Below, piece by piece: positions 27,071 to 37,108 of a stretch of 64,000 bases of DNA. This stretch comes from an uncultured Gemmatimonadales bacterium (GTDB lineage Bacteria; Gemmatimonadota; Gemmatimonadetes; Longimicrobiales; RSA9): assembly GCA_963798085.1 (NCBI GenBank), contig CAWCRS010000003.1, positions 768,001 to 832,000 on the forward strand. The letters are read 5' to 3'. The position numbers and the translations under genes were made by a program. Every line of letters starts with the position of its first letter. Within the stretch, counting starts at the first letter, position 1. Below the pieces are notes generated by a model. It saw only the letters and a list, made by a program, of their open reading frames with translations. It did not search any database and was not told the origin of the DNA.

Positions 27071-27894
27071 CGGTTCCGGCACCGTCCGCGCGGTCCCGGC
27101 TGGCGCAGCTGGTCGCCGGGCTCGACTCGGATGTGGACCTGGCCCTGGGCGCGCTGCTGATCGCCGCCGAAGAGTACCCGCAGCTGGCGCCTGAGCTGTA
27201 CCTGCGCCGGCTGGACCTGCTGGCCGAGAAGGTACGCGACCGGCTGGCAGATGAGACAGCGACGCTGCTCGTGATGCAGGAACTCAGTCGCGTGCTGTTC
27301 GAGGAAGAGGGGTACCGCGGCAATGCCGACGCGTATTACAATGCCCGCAATTCCTTCCTCAACGACGTTCTCGATCGCCGCCTTGGCATCCCGCTGACGC
27401 TGAGCATCATCTATCTCGAAGTGGGATGGCGTCTGGGTCTGCCACTCGAGGGCGTGAATTTCCCCGGCCATTTCCTGGTCCGCTACATGGGCGAGGCGCT
27501 GCGGCTGCTGATCGACCCGTTCCAGGGCGGCGAAGTGCGCTTCGAGGACCAGGCGCAGGAGCTGCTCGATCGTGTGTACGACCGCCAGGTCAAGCTCAAG
27601 AGCGAGTACCTGCGTGCGGCCAGCCGCAAGGACATGCTGGTCCGGCTGCTCGACAACCTCAAGGGCATCTACATGAATGCGCGCGATGATGCGCGCGCGC
27701 TGGCCGCGGTCGAGCGCATCATCCTGATGCGGCCCACCGCGTGGGAGCAGGTGCGTGATCGCGGCATGCTGCTGGCGCGCATTGGCCGAGTGGATGAAGC
27801 GATCGTCGATCTGCAGCGCTACCTCTCGACCGCTCCCGACGCGACCGATGCGGAACGCGTCCGCCTGCTGCTCGATGAGCTGGCCCGCGAATAA
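27067..27894 (+). CDS. SirB1/YchA-family transglutaminase-like protein with TPR
   Basis: YRGNADAYYNARNSFLNDVLDRRLGIPLTLS, GVNFPGHFLV and RDRG motifs. Confidence 0.88.
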   Translation: MTVPAPSARSRLAQLVAGLDSDVDLALGALLIAAEEYPQLAPELYLRRLDLLAEKVRDRLADETATLLVMQELSRVLFEEEGYRGNADAYYNARNSFLNDVLDRRLGIPLTLSIIYLEVGWRLGLPLEGVNFPGHFLVRYMGEALRLLIDPFQGGEVRFEDQAQELLDRVYDRQVKLKSEYLRAASRKDMLVRLLDNLKGIYMNARDDARALAAVERIILMRPTAWEQVRDRGMLLARIGRVDEAIVDLQRYLSTAPDATDAERVRLLLDELARE

Positions 27895-27912
27895 GCGGCG
27901 AGCGGTGCCCGC

Positions 27913-29199
27913 ATGACCCGGCCCGACGAACCGCAGAACACCGCCCTCACGCCGGCCCCGGCCGCGCCCTCGCCGGTGCCCGCTACCGCGCCGCCGTCGC
28001 CGTTGCGCGCGCTGCACGAGCGTCTGGGTGTGCGCTGGACGCTGCGCGCGCTGGGACCGGACGCGGCGCCGCTCGAGCTGCCGCGCAATTACGGTGATCC
28101 GGCCGGGGAATACAATGCCGCGCGCACGGGCGCGATCCTTGTCGATCGTGTGGATCGCGCGCTCATTCGCGTGTTCGGTCGCGATCCCGTGCGCATGGTG
28201 CACGGCCTGGTCACGAACGATGTGCAGAGCGTGGCTCCCGGCCAGGCGGTGTACAGCGGGCTGCTCACGCCCAAGGGTCGTCTGCTCGCGGACCTGCGCA
28301 TCCTGCGGCGCGTCGATGATCTGCTGCTCGAGACCGACATCGCCGCGGCCGTCAATGTGCGGACCGCGCTGACGAAGTACGTGCCGCCGCTGTTCGCGCG
28401 CAGCGCCAGCGAGGCGGGCAAACTCGCTGTTATGGGCGTCTACGGTCCGGCGGCCCGCCGTGTGCTGGCGCGTGTGCTGGAGCCTGAGGCGGAATCGTCG
28501 CCTGCAGCCGTACCCTCCCCGGTGGACGCATCGGCCGCCGAACTGCTGCCGGCGGGACAGCGCGAGGATGCGGTTACGCCGGCCCGCTTCCGTGGCCAGC
28601 CGCTGACGCTGCTGTGCACCCGCTACGCGGGCGTCGAGGGCTGGGACGCCATCGTCGCCTGCCACCTTCTGGAAGAGCTGTGGACCGCGCTCCAGCAGGC
28701 CGGCGCGCGGCCCGCGGGTCACGCCACGCTCGACGTGCTGCGCATCGAAGCCGGCCGGCCGCGCTGGGGCGCCGAGCTGACCGAGGAAGTGATCCCGCTC
28801 GAGGCCGGCATCCAGGATCGCGCCATCAGCATGACCAAGGGCTGTTACACGGGGCAGGAAGTGATCGTCCGCATCCTCCATCGCGGGCATGTGAACCGCC
28901 ACCTGCGCGGCCTGCGCTTTCCGCCGGTAGCGCAGACGCCGGGCGCAGGATCGGGCGACGATTCACCTCCACCCGCCGAAGCGTCCGACGCCCCCTCTCC
29001 CGCCGCCGGCGCCGCGCTCTACCGCCCGCCCGAAGCCAAACCCGTTGGTACCATCACCAGCGCCTGCGATTCCCCGCTCGCCGGCCAGACCATCGCGCTC
29101 GGCTACGTGCGGCGCGAGGTCGAACCTGGAACTACCGTTGGGGTTGGCGCTCCCGAAGGCCCGGGCGCCGTCGTTGTGGCGTTACCGTTTGCCTTCTGA
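27913..29199 (+). CDS. ygfZ: Folate-binding protein YgfZ (GcvT family)
   Basis: GLVTNDV, LLTPKGR, LRIEAG and the signature KGCYTGQE. Confidence 0.9.
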   Translation: MTRPDEPQNTALTPAPAAPSPVPATAPPSPLRALHERLGVRWTLRALGPDAAPLELPRNYGDPAGEYNAARTGAILVDRVDRALIRVFGRDPVRMVHGLVTNDVQSVAPGQAVYSGLLTPKGRLLADLRILRRVDDLLLETDIAAAVNVRTALTKYVPPLFARSASEAGKLAVMGVYGPAARRVLARVLEPEAESSPAAVPSPVDASAAELLPAGQREDAVTPARFRGQPLTLLCTRYAGVEGWDAIVACHLLEELWTALQQAGARPAGHATLDVLRIEAGRPRWGAELTEEVIPLEAGIQDRAISMTKGCYTGQEVIVRILHRGHVNRHLRGLRFPPVAQTPGAGSGDDSPPPAEASDAPSPAAGAALYRPPEAKPVGTITSACDSPLAGQTIALGYVRREVEPGTTVGVGAPEGPGAVVVALPFAF

Positions 29200-29266
29200 C
29201 GAGTATTCCCAACCGCCAATTGCCTCGCCCCGCTTTGCCGGTCATCTTCGCTCGGGAGGTGAAAGG

Positions 29267-29536
29267 ATGAAGGGTACGCCTGAGGGCGAGGCGCGGCGCG
29301 CGCTGGCGAGGCTGCGCCGCTCGGTGGAGAAGGCACGGGCCGAGCTCGATGCCGTGGAGGGCTCATTGAAGCATGCGGAGGGTCGGGATTTCCCGGCGGA
29401 CGCGTTCGCCGAGACCGCGCGCCACCTGCATGCGGTCGAGGATTTCGTCGATGAGCAGGCCGAGCGGCTCGAGGAAAAGATGCTGCACGCGGGCGGGCTG
29501 GAGCCGGGTCGTGTGCGGCGCACGGGGGGCGGTTGA
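29267..29536 (+). CDS. Small helical hypothetical protein
   Basis: RBS GGAGGT; coiled-coil-like 89 aa; overlaps the next start. Confidence 0.72.
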   Translation: MKGTPEGEARRALARLRRSVEKARAELDAVEGSLKHAEGRDFPADAFAETARHLHAVEDFVDEQAERLEEKMLHAGGLEPGRVRRTGGG

Positions 29537-29979
29537 TGCGGGACGGGCGGGACGGGCGGGATGGCAGGGAAGTGGTGCAGGATTCAGGCGACGCATCGCC
29601 TGCCGCGACCGGCGCTCACTTCCACCTGTTCGTGTACGGCACGTTGCGTTCGCACGGCGGTGCCGCGGCTCGCCTAACCGGTTGTCAGCTGGCAGGCGAT
29701 GCCGTGCTCGAAGGCACGTTGTACGATCTCGGCGATTTTCCCGCGCTCATGCTCTACGGCTCATCGCCCGTGCACGGCGAAGTCTGGCGCTGCCCGGCCG
29801 ACATGCTGCCCGGTCTGGACGAGTACGAAGGCGTGGATCGCGGGCTGTTCCGGCGTGCCGCCGTGACGGCGGGTGGCGTTCCCGGCTGGACGTACGTCGC
29901 CGGCCCGGCGCTGGCGCATCAGCTGACGCCGGAGCGGCGTCTGCGCAGCGGCGACTGGCGACCCCGCACGCCCGCATGA
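29533..29979 (+). CDS. Gamma-glutamylcyclotransferase family protein
   Basis: LFVYGTLR, VHGEVW and LDEYEG motifs. Confidence 0.88.
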   Translation: MMRDGRDGRDGREVVQDSGDASPAATGAHFHLFVYGTLRSHGGAAARLTGCQLAGDAVLEGTLYDLGDFPALMLYGSSPVHGEVWRCPADMLPGLDEYEGVDRGLFRRAAVTAGGVPGWTYVAGPALAHQLTPERRLRSGDWRPRTPA

Positions 29980-30011
29980 AACGGGGCCGCTCTCCCGTGC
30001 GCGGCTGATTC

Positions 30012-31685
30012 GTGGAGCGCCGCGCCTTCCTGCACGCGGCCGCGGCGAGTCTCGTCGCGGGCCCGCTGCTCCGGCGGGGCGGGCGGGGAGTCCCCCGCAG
30101 CCGGGCGGACATCCTCATACGCGGCGGCATGGTCTACGACGGCACAGGCACGGCGCCGGTGGCCGCCGATGTGCTGGTGCAGGGCGACCGCATCCAGCGC
30201 GTCGCGAGAGGCATCACCGCCACGGGCGCGACGGTGATTGATGCCCGCCGCATGGCCGTGGCGCCCGGTTTCATCGATATCCACGCGCACACGGACACGG
30301 TGCTCTTCGCATTTCCCGAGGCGCAGAGCAAGATCCGGCAGGGCGTGACCACGGAAGTGGCGGGCCAGGACGGTTCATCGGTAGGGCCCATGTCACCGGA
30401 GAGCGCGGCTCGCGTGCGCGAGCAGTATCGCGCGCAGCAGGGCATTGCCGTCGACCTCTCCACGCTGGGCAGCTTCTTCCGCAGCCTCGAGGCCCACCCC
30501 GGCGCCGTCAACGTCGCCAGCATGGTGGGCACGGGCACGCTGCGCGGTCTGGTCGTGGGCGAAGACGATCGGCCCGCCACCGACGCGGAGATCGCACGCA
30601 TGGCCGCGCTGGTGGCCGATGCGCTGCGCAATGGCGCGTGCGGCGTGTCCAGCGGGCTCGAGTACGAGCCGGGCGGTTTCGCCTCGCGCGAGGAGCTGGC
30701 CGCGGTGGCGTCGCCCATGAAGGGCATGGGCCTGCCCTATGCCACCCACATGCGCAACGAGGATGACGCGCTGTTAGGCGCCATCGAAGAGGCGCTGTTC
30801 GTGGGCCGCACCGCCGGCGTGCCCGTGCAGATCTCGCACCTCAAGGCGCAGGGCCAGCGCAACTGGTGGAAGGCCGAGCCGGTGCTGCACCTGCTCGAGT
30901 CCGCGCGCAGCGGCGGCATCGACGTGATGTTCGACCGCTACCCCTACGTCGCGTACAGCACGGGCCTCTCGAATCTGTTCCCGCTGTGGACGCGTGATGG
31001 CGGCACGTCCGCGTTCCTCGCGCGCCTCGATGATGCGCAGCAGAGCGCGCGCATCGAGACCGCGGTGCGTGACAAGATCGCGCAGCTCGGATCCTGGGAC
31101 GCGGTGCAGATCACATCGACCGCAGCGGAATCGCTGGCGTGGGCGAGAGGCCAGCGGCTGGGCAGACTCGCGGAGTCCCGGGGCCGGGAACCGTACGCGC
31201 TGCTCCTCGAAATCATGCGCACGGACCGGGCGAGCACCGGCATGGTGGGGTTTGCCATGAGCGAGGAGAACACGGCGAGGATCCTGGCGCACCCGCTCGG
31301 CATGGTCTGCTCCGACGGCAGCGCGCTGGCCACATCGGGCCCGCTGGCGAGCGGCTCACCGCATCCGCGCTCCTTCGGCACGTTCCCGCGCGTGCTCGGC
31401 CATTACGTGCGCGAACAGCGTGTCATGAACCTGCAAACCGCCATCCACAAGATGACGGGTATGCCGGCAACACGGCTGCGCCTGCGCGGCCGCGGCACGA
31501 TAGCGCCGGCGGCGTTCGCCGACATCGTCGTATTCGATCCGGAAACGGTGGCCGATCGCGCCACGTTCGAGAACCCGTTCCAGTATCCCGCCGGCATCCC
31601 GTGGGTGCTCGTGAACGGCGTGCCCGTGATCCGCGAAGGCGAGCACACTGGCGAAAAACCGGGACAGGTGCTGAGGCCCGGCTGA
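30012..31685 (+). CDS. N-acyl-D-amino-acid deacylase (D-aminoacylase) with a Tat-like signal
   Basis: ERRAFL signal; APGFIDIHAH, QGVTTEV, THMRNE, QISHLK, SDG and HPRSFGTFPRVLG motifs. Confidence 0.9.
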   Translation: MERRAFLHAAAASLVAGPLLRRGGRGVPRSRADILIRGGMVYDGTGTAPVAADVLVQGDRIQRVARGITATGATVIDARRMAVAPGFIDIHAHTDTVLFAFPEAQSKIRQGVTTEVAGQDGSSVGPMSPESAARVREQYRAQQGIAVDLSTLGSFFRSLEAHPGAVNVASMVGTGTLRGLVVGEDDRPATDAEIARMAALVADALRNGACGVSSGLEYEPGGFASREELAAVASPMKGMGLPYATHMRNEDDALLGAIEEALFVGRTAGVPVQISHLKAQGQRNWWKAEPVLHLLESARSGGIDVMFDRYPYVAYSTGLSNLFPLWTRDGGTSAFLARLDDAQQSARIETAVRDKIAQLGSWDAVQITSTAAESLAWARGQRLGRLAESRGREPYALLLEIMRTDRASTGMVGFAMSEENTARILAHPLGMVCSDGSALATSGPLASGSPHPRSFGTFPRVLGHYVREQRVMNLQTAIHKMTGMPATRLRLRGRGTIAPAAFADIVVFDPETVADRATFENPFQYPAGIPWVLVNGVPVIREGEHTGEKPGQVLRPG

Positions 31686-31807
31686 GAACACAAGCCCGAC
31701 GCCCGGAGGCGGCGGGCCCTTCACAGCAAGGGCCGACGGTTGAGGCCCGGCTGAGAACACAAGCCCGACGCCCGGAGGCGGCGGGCCCTTCACAGCAAGG
31801 GCCGACG
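31672..31807 (+). repeat. Perfect 67-bp direct tandem duplication (period 69)
   Basis: 31672-31738 equals 31741-31807; includes the deacylase stop codon and a GGCCCTT/AAGGGCC hairpin. Confidence 0.9.
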
Positions 31808-31895
31808 TCCGCCAAATGGGCGCGACGGCGGCAAGCGCTGTTCTAACACTTTGTTTGGGACGTCTGTTGAACGACAGCCTGGGAGGCTCGGGACA

Positions 31896-32924
31896 ATGCA
31901 GCTCGGAATGATCGGACTCGGTCGCATGGGCGCCAACATGGTCCGGCGCATCATGCGGCGCGGGCATTCATGCGTGGTATACGACGTCAGTGCGCAGGCC
32001 GTGAGCGGACTGGCCGGCGAGGGCGCTGCGGGCGCGGGCTCGCTGGCGGACATGGTTGCGAAGCTCGAACCGCCGCGCGCGCTCTGGATCATGGTGCCTG
32101 CCGCGTTCGTGGACAGCACCATCGCGCAGCTGACAGGTCTGCTCGAGCCCGGCAATGTCATTATTGACGGCGGGAATTCCTACTACCGTGATGACATGGC
32201 GAGAGCCGCGCGGCTGCGTGCGCGCGAGCTGCACTACGTGGATGTGGGCACGAGCGGCGGCGTCTGGGGCCTGGACAACGGCTTCTGTCTGATGGTCGGC
32301 GGCGAGGCCGATATCGTGCAGCATCTCGAGCCCATCTTCGAGGCACTGGCGCCGGGGGTCGAGGGCGCACCGCGCACGCCGGGTCGCGCGGGCGAGACCA
32401 CCCCGGCCGAGCGCGGCTGGCTGCACTGCGGCCCGAATGGCGCCGGCCATTTCGTGAAGATGGTGCACAACGGCGTCGAGTACGGTCTGATGGCGGCCTA
32501 TGCGGAGGGGCTGAACCTGCTCGAGCACGCCAATGTCGGCCTGCGCGAGCGCAAGGCGGATGCGGAGACGGCGCCGCTGCAGCATCCCGAGCACTACCAG
32601 TACCGCCTGGACATTGCGCAGATCACGGAAGTCTGGCGGCGGGGCAGTGTGATCCGCTCGTGGCTGCTGGATCTGACGGCGCAGGAGCTGCTGCGCGATC
32701 CGTCGCTCGAAAGCTTTGGCGGTCGCGTCTCCGACTCCGGCGAGGGCCGCTGGACCGTGGAGGCGGCCATCGAGACCGGCTCACCCGCGCCCGTGCTGTC
32801 TACAGCGCTGTTCTCGCGCTTCACCTCGCGCGGCGAAGAGGAGTACGCGCATCGTGTGCTGTCCGCGATGCGCCGGGCCTTCGGCGGGCATGCCGAAGTG
32901 CCGGCGGGAGGTGCGCATGCCTAG
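31896..32924 (+). CDS. gnd: 6-phosphogluconate dehydrogenase (decarboxylating, short type)
   Basis: GMIGLGRMG, IDGGNS, DVGTSGG, GHFVKMVHNGVEYG and DSGEGRW motifs. Confidence 0.95.
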   Translation: MQLGMIGLGRMGANMVRRIMRRGHSCVVYDVSAQAVSGLAGEGAAGAGSLADMVAKLEPPRALWIMVPAAFVDSTIAQLTGLLEPGNVIIDGGNSYYRDDMARAARLRARELHYVDVGTSGGVWGLDNGFCLMVGGEADIVQHLEPIFEALAPGVEGAPRTPGRAGETTPAERGWLHCGPNGAGHFVKMVHNGVEYGLMAAYAEGLNLLEHANVGLRERKADAETAPLQHPEHYQYRLDIAQITEVWRRGSVIRSWLLDLTAQELLRDPSLESFGGRVSDSGEGRWTVEAAIETGSPAPVLSTALFSRFTSRGEEEYAHRVLSAMRRAFGGHAEVPAGGAHA

Positions 32925-34310
32925 ACGCGTTCTGATGCGGTGGTGCTTTTCGGCGCCTCCGGCGACCTGGCGCACAAGAAGATCTTCCCCGCGCTGCAGG
33001 GTCTGATCAGGCACGGCATCCTGGATGTGCCGGTAATCGGCGTGGCGAGGAGTCCGTGGACCATCGAGCAGTTCCGGGACAAGGTCGCCGCGAGTCTGAG
33101 AGAGCACGGCATTTCGCCGGACGACGCCGCGTCACGGAAGCTCCTGCAGCTGCTGTGTTATGTGAGCGGTGATTATCGTGAGCCGGCATCGTTCATCCGC
33201 CTGCGCGATGCCCTCGGCAAGGCCCGCAGCCCCCTCTTCTACCTCGCCATTCCGCCGAGCATGTTCCCGTCGGTAATCGAAGGTTTGGGCAAGGCCGGCT
33301 GCGCGAGCAGTGCGCGCGTCGTCGTCGAAAAACCGTTCGGCCGCGATCTCGCGTCAGCGCAGGAGCTGAATCGCGTGCTGCACGATGTGTTCAGGGAACC
33401 CACGATCTTCCGCATCGACCATTACCTGGGTAAGGAGGCGGTGCAGAATCTGCTTTATTTCCGTTTCGCGAATTCGTTCCTCGAGCCCATCTGGAATCGC
33501 AACTACGTGCACACGGTCGAGATCACGATGGCGGAGAGCTTCGGTGTGGAAGGCCGCGGCGCTTTCTACGAGGAAGTGGGCGCCATACGCAATGTCGTGC
33601 AGAATCACCTGCTCCAGGTGGTTGCCAACCTCGCCATGGAACCTCCTGTTGGTGAAGGTGCCGAAGCCAGCCGCGACGAGAAGGTCAAGGTGTTCCGCAG
33701 CATCCGTCCACTGACGGGCGAGTCGCTGGTGCGCGGCCAGTACAACGGCTACAGGAACGAGAAGGGCGTCGCGCCGGAGTCGACCGTGGAGACGTACGCG
33801 GCCATGCAGCTGCACCTCGATTCCTGGCGCTGGGAAGGTGTGCCCTTCTTCATTCGCGCGGGCAAGAGTCTCCCCGTCACGGCCACGGAGGTCGTCGTCG
33901 AGTTGAAGCACCCGCCGCAGCGTGTGTTTCGCGAACCCATACCACGCGAGACCAATTATTTCCGCTTCCGTCTCGGTCCCAACAACGTGGCCATTGCGGT
34001 GGGCGCGCGCGCCAAGCGTGCCGGCCCCGCCATGGTGGGGCAGCAGCTCGAGCTGTATGTCAGCAACGAGCAGGATGACGAAGCCGATGCCTACGAGCGA
34101 TTGATCGGTGATGCCATGAAAGGCGATCAGTCGTTGTTCGCGCGCCAGGACGCGGTCGAGGAAGCGTGGCGCATTGTGGACCCGATCCTGTCGATGGACA
34201 CACCGGTGTGCTCATACCAGGCCGGCACGTGGGGACCACGCGAAGCCGAAGAGATCATCGAGCGCTTCGGTGGCTGGAACGAACCCAAACCAGCCTCTCC
34301 CGCATCGTGA
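32917..34310 (+). CDS. zwf: Glucose-6-phosphate 1-dehydrogenase (start region has an apparent 1-nt deletion)
   Basis: [25 protein letters not shown] and RWEGVPF motifs. The RBS-backed ATG at 32917 is out of frame; in-frame GTG at 32940. Confidence 0.93.
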
Positions 34311-35014
34311 AGCTCGAAATCCTGCCCGACGCGGCGAGCGCCGCACGCAGCGCTGCGCTGCACATTGCGCAGGACGCCCGCGCTGTGGTCACGGCGCGCG
34401 GCCGCTTCTCCCTCGCATTGAGTGGCGGCACGACACCGGGTCTGATGTTCGACGTGCTCGTCGAGACGCCTGTGCCATGGCCGGCGGTTCACATCTTCCA
34501 GGTCGACGAGCGGGTCGCACCGCGTGGCGGCGAGGATCGTAATCTGACGCAGCTGCGCAAGCGCCTGCTCGAGCGGCTGCCGGTACCGCCCGCCGGCGTG
34601 CACGCCATGCCCGTCGAGGAAGGCAATGACGCGCTCGCACTCGCGCGCTACGCGCAGGCGCTGGAGAGCGTGGCCGGCGAGCCGCCCCTCCTCGATCTCG
34701 TGCACCTGGGTCTGGGCGATGACGGCCACACTGCGTCGCTCGTCCCCGGTGATGCGGCCGTGGAAATACGCGAAAACGATGTTGCCATGACCGCGGTTTA
34801 TCGGGGCAGGCGACGCATGACCCTCACGTTGCCGGCGTTGAATCGTGCGCGCGGCATCGTCTGGCTGGTAACGGGCGAATCCAAGGCGGAGGCACTGTTG
34901 CGTCTGGTGCGCGGTGATGAGAGCATACCGGCGGCCAGAGTGCAGCGCGACCTTGCCATAGCCTTCGTCGATGCCGCAGCGGCTCGACTCCTCCCAATGG
35001 ACAGCGGGGAATGA
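34307..35014 (+). CDS. pgl: 6-phosphogluconolactonase
   Basis: [26 protein letters not shown] and RMTLT motifs; GTGA overlap with zwf. Confidence 0.92.
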   Translation: MKLEILPDAASAARSAALHIAQDARAVVTARGRFSLALSGGTTPGLMFDVLVETPVPWPAVHIFQVDERVAPRGGEDRNLTQLRKRLLERLPVPPAGVHAMPVEEGNDALALARYAQALESVAGEPPLLDLVHLGLGDDGHTASLVPGDAAVEIRENDVAMTAVYRGRRRMTLTLPALNRARGIVWLVTGESKAEALLRLVRGDESIPAARVQRDLAIAFVDAAAARLLPMDSGE

Positions 35015-35727
35015 TGAACGTGCTCGTCGTGGATGTCGGTGGCACGCACATCAAGATTCTGGCGAGCGGGCAGGCGGAATCGCGCATGTTCGATTCCGGC
35101 ACCGAGCTGACGCCTGCGCAGATGGTGGCGGGTGTACTCGAGCTGGCCGCCGACTGGACCTGGGACGTCGTATCCATCGGCTACCCCGGCCCGGTCGTCG
35201 ACGGCCGGCCGACCCGCGATCCCCACAACCTCGCGCCCGGCTGGGTGGGCTTCGACTTCGCCGCCGCCTTCGGCAAGCCCGTGCGCCTGCTCAACGACGC
35301 CGCCATGCAGGCACTGGGCAGCTATCACGGCGGCCGCATGCTGTTCCTCGGCCTGGGCACGGGCCTGGGCTCGGCCATGGTGCTGGATGGCGTCGTGCAG
35401 CCGCTCGAGCTGGCGCACATGCCGTATCGCAAGCACCGCACGTACGAGGACTGGGTAGGCGAGCGCGGCCTCGACCGCCTGGGCAAGCGTCGCTGGCGAG
35501 GCGTCGTGGCCGAAGTGCTCGAGCTGTTCCATAACGCCCTGTTACCAGATTACATCGTGGTGGGCGGCGGCAACGCCAAGAAGCTGCAGGAGCTGCCCGA
35601 ATGGGCCGTGCGCGGTCAGAACGCCAACGCCTTCCGCGGCGGCTTCCTGCTCTGGGAACACCCGTCAGCCGGTGGTCCCGCCGAGCCCCGGCTCACGGCC
35701 GAAACGCCGGCCCCGGCAACCGCCTGA
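35011..35727 (+). CDS. ROK-family sugar kinase (polyphosphate glucokinase-like)
   Basis: DVGGTHIK, LNDAAMQALG, LGLGTGLGS and VGGGNAK motifs. Confidence 0.85.
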   Translation: MMNVLVVDVGGTHIKILASGQAESRMFDSGTELTPAQMVAGVLELAADWTWDVVSIGYPGPVVDGRPTRDPHNLAPGWVGFDFAAAFGKPVRLLNDAAMQALGSYHGGRMLFLGLGTGLGSAMVLDGVVQPLELAHMPYRKHRTYEDWVGERGLDRLGKRRWRGVVAEVLELFHNALLPDYIVVGGGNAKKLQELPEWAVRGQNANAFRGGFLLWEHPSAGGPAEPRLTAETPAPATA

Positions 35728-35731
35728 ATGC

Positions 35732-35764
35732 GGAAGCCCGGACCGCCGAGCGGCCCGGGCTTCC
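35732..35764. terminator. Bidirectional terminator-like hairpin
   Basis: GGAAGCCCGG...CCGGGCTTCC stem between convergent genes. Confidence 0.65.
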
Positions 35765-35802
35765 CGTTTCCTGCAGCCTGACGCGTGTGCGTCAGGCCCT
35801 GC

Positions 35803-37095
35803 TCAACTGATGTTAGGGTTGTTGTCCCGCTCCGACTTGGGAGTCGGGAAGCACAGGTCCTGCCTGACCAGGTGCGATCCCACCTTCACATCGCCGCTGG
35901 GTGTTTCGAGCGGATCCAGATCGCCGGGCGTGTTGGCAGCCTTCCAGCGCCGCATGTCGCCCATGCGCCTGGCTTCCAGCCACAGCACGATGCCGCGCTC
36001 CCGCTTGAGCCGCGTCCATGCCTCGTTCAGGTTGGCGGGGGTCGGCCAGGCCGCTACGCCTGCCGTCTGGCGCAGCCCGTTGATCAGGTTCATGGCCGCA
36101 GTGATGTTGCCCGCCCCGCCGCGCAGCAGTGCCTCCGCCTCGATGAGCCGCATTTCCGGCCCGCTCGAGAGATTCACCGGTGACGCCGACGTCGGATACT
36201 TGTCTTCCGGATAGAAGGGCACGCGGCCGCAGCAGTCGATGGCCGCATCGCCCTGCAGCGTCGTGGTGCGCCACTTCACGCGCGGATCGTTGTAGGTCTT
36301 GAAGTACTCCTCGTAGACCGTGTTCCATTCCGTGTGCGCGCGGTACGGCGTGTTGTTGATGGACCACTCGATGCGGTTGCGCTGGTCTTCCGAGCCCACT
36401 TCGTAGAACGGCAGCTGGTACACGAACGACGTCGGCACCTGACCCGCATCGGCCACCGCTTCCGTCCACTTGTCGAGGGGTACGCGCACCGACGCGCGAC
36501 CGGCCAGTGCCGCCGTCTTCACGGTGCCGGTTCCCAGCGTGGATGCCGTGCTGAAGTAGCCCTCCGCGCGCTGGAAGTAGATCTTGTAGTCCTGGATGGC
36601 GCCGCCATCGATCACGCCATCACACATGTTCTCGCCCAGCAGCCTGTTAGCATAGCCCGCCCACAGATTGGCCTGCGCCAGCAGCCGTGTGCTGTCGGGC
36701 ACCACCGACTGCATGCGCGTCAATCCGTTCTCGGCGTACCAGCGCGCCCGCTGCGCGTTGTTCCAGTGCGTGTTCTCCTTGTCGTCATTGGGCAGGATGC
36801 CGTTCTGCCATTCCACGAGAATGCCGAAGCTGCCCGTGGAACCCGCGGGATGGATCTCGCGGGTGACGGCCGCGCCCGTATAGGCGATCCAGTTGAAGCC
36901 GTCGGCCAGTGCGCGACCCATTCCGGTCACGACTGCGGCCTGCGCTTCGGGCCTGTCCAGGAAAGGATCCTGAACCGGTCCTGGATTCGTCACCTTCGTG
37001 TCGCAACCCGCCAGCAGCACGCCCACCGCCAGCAGCTGGCCCGCACGTGCCCGCAGGCCGCGCCGGCCACTTCCCATCCGCATGTGCTCTTTCAT
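35803..37095 (-). CDS. SusD/RagB-like outer-membrane lipoprotein
   Basis: Lipobox LLAGC; EMRLIEAEA and ERGIVLWLEARRMGDMRR motifs; P...E...NPN C-terminus; follows the SusC-like gene. Confidence 0.85.
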   Translation of the reverse strand: MKEHMRMGSGRRGLRARAGQLLAVGVLLAGCDTKVTNPGPVQDPFLDRPEAQAAVVTGMGRALADGFNWIAYTGAAVTREIHPAGSTGSFGILVEWQNGILPNDDKENTHWNNAQRARWYAENGLTRMQSVVPDSTRLLAQANLWAGYANRLLGENMCDGVIDGGAIQDYKIYFQRAEGYFSTASTLGTGTVKTAALAGRASVRVPLDKWTEAVADAGQVPTSFVYQLPFYEVGSEDQRNRIEWSINNTPYRAHTEWNTVYEEYFKTYNDPRVKWRTTTLQGDAAIDCCGRVPFYPEDKYPTSASPVNLSSGPEMRLIEAEALLRGGAGNITAAMNLINGLRQTAGVAAWPTPANLNEAWTRLKRERGIVLWLEARRMGDMRRWKAANTPGDLDPLETPSGDVKVGSHLVRQDLCFPTPKSERDNNPNIS

Positions 37096-37108
37096 GGTTG
37101 CCTCCGCC

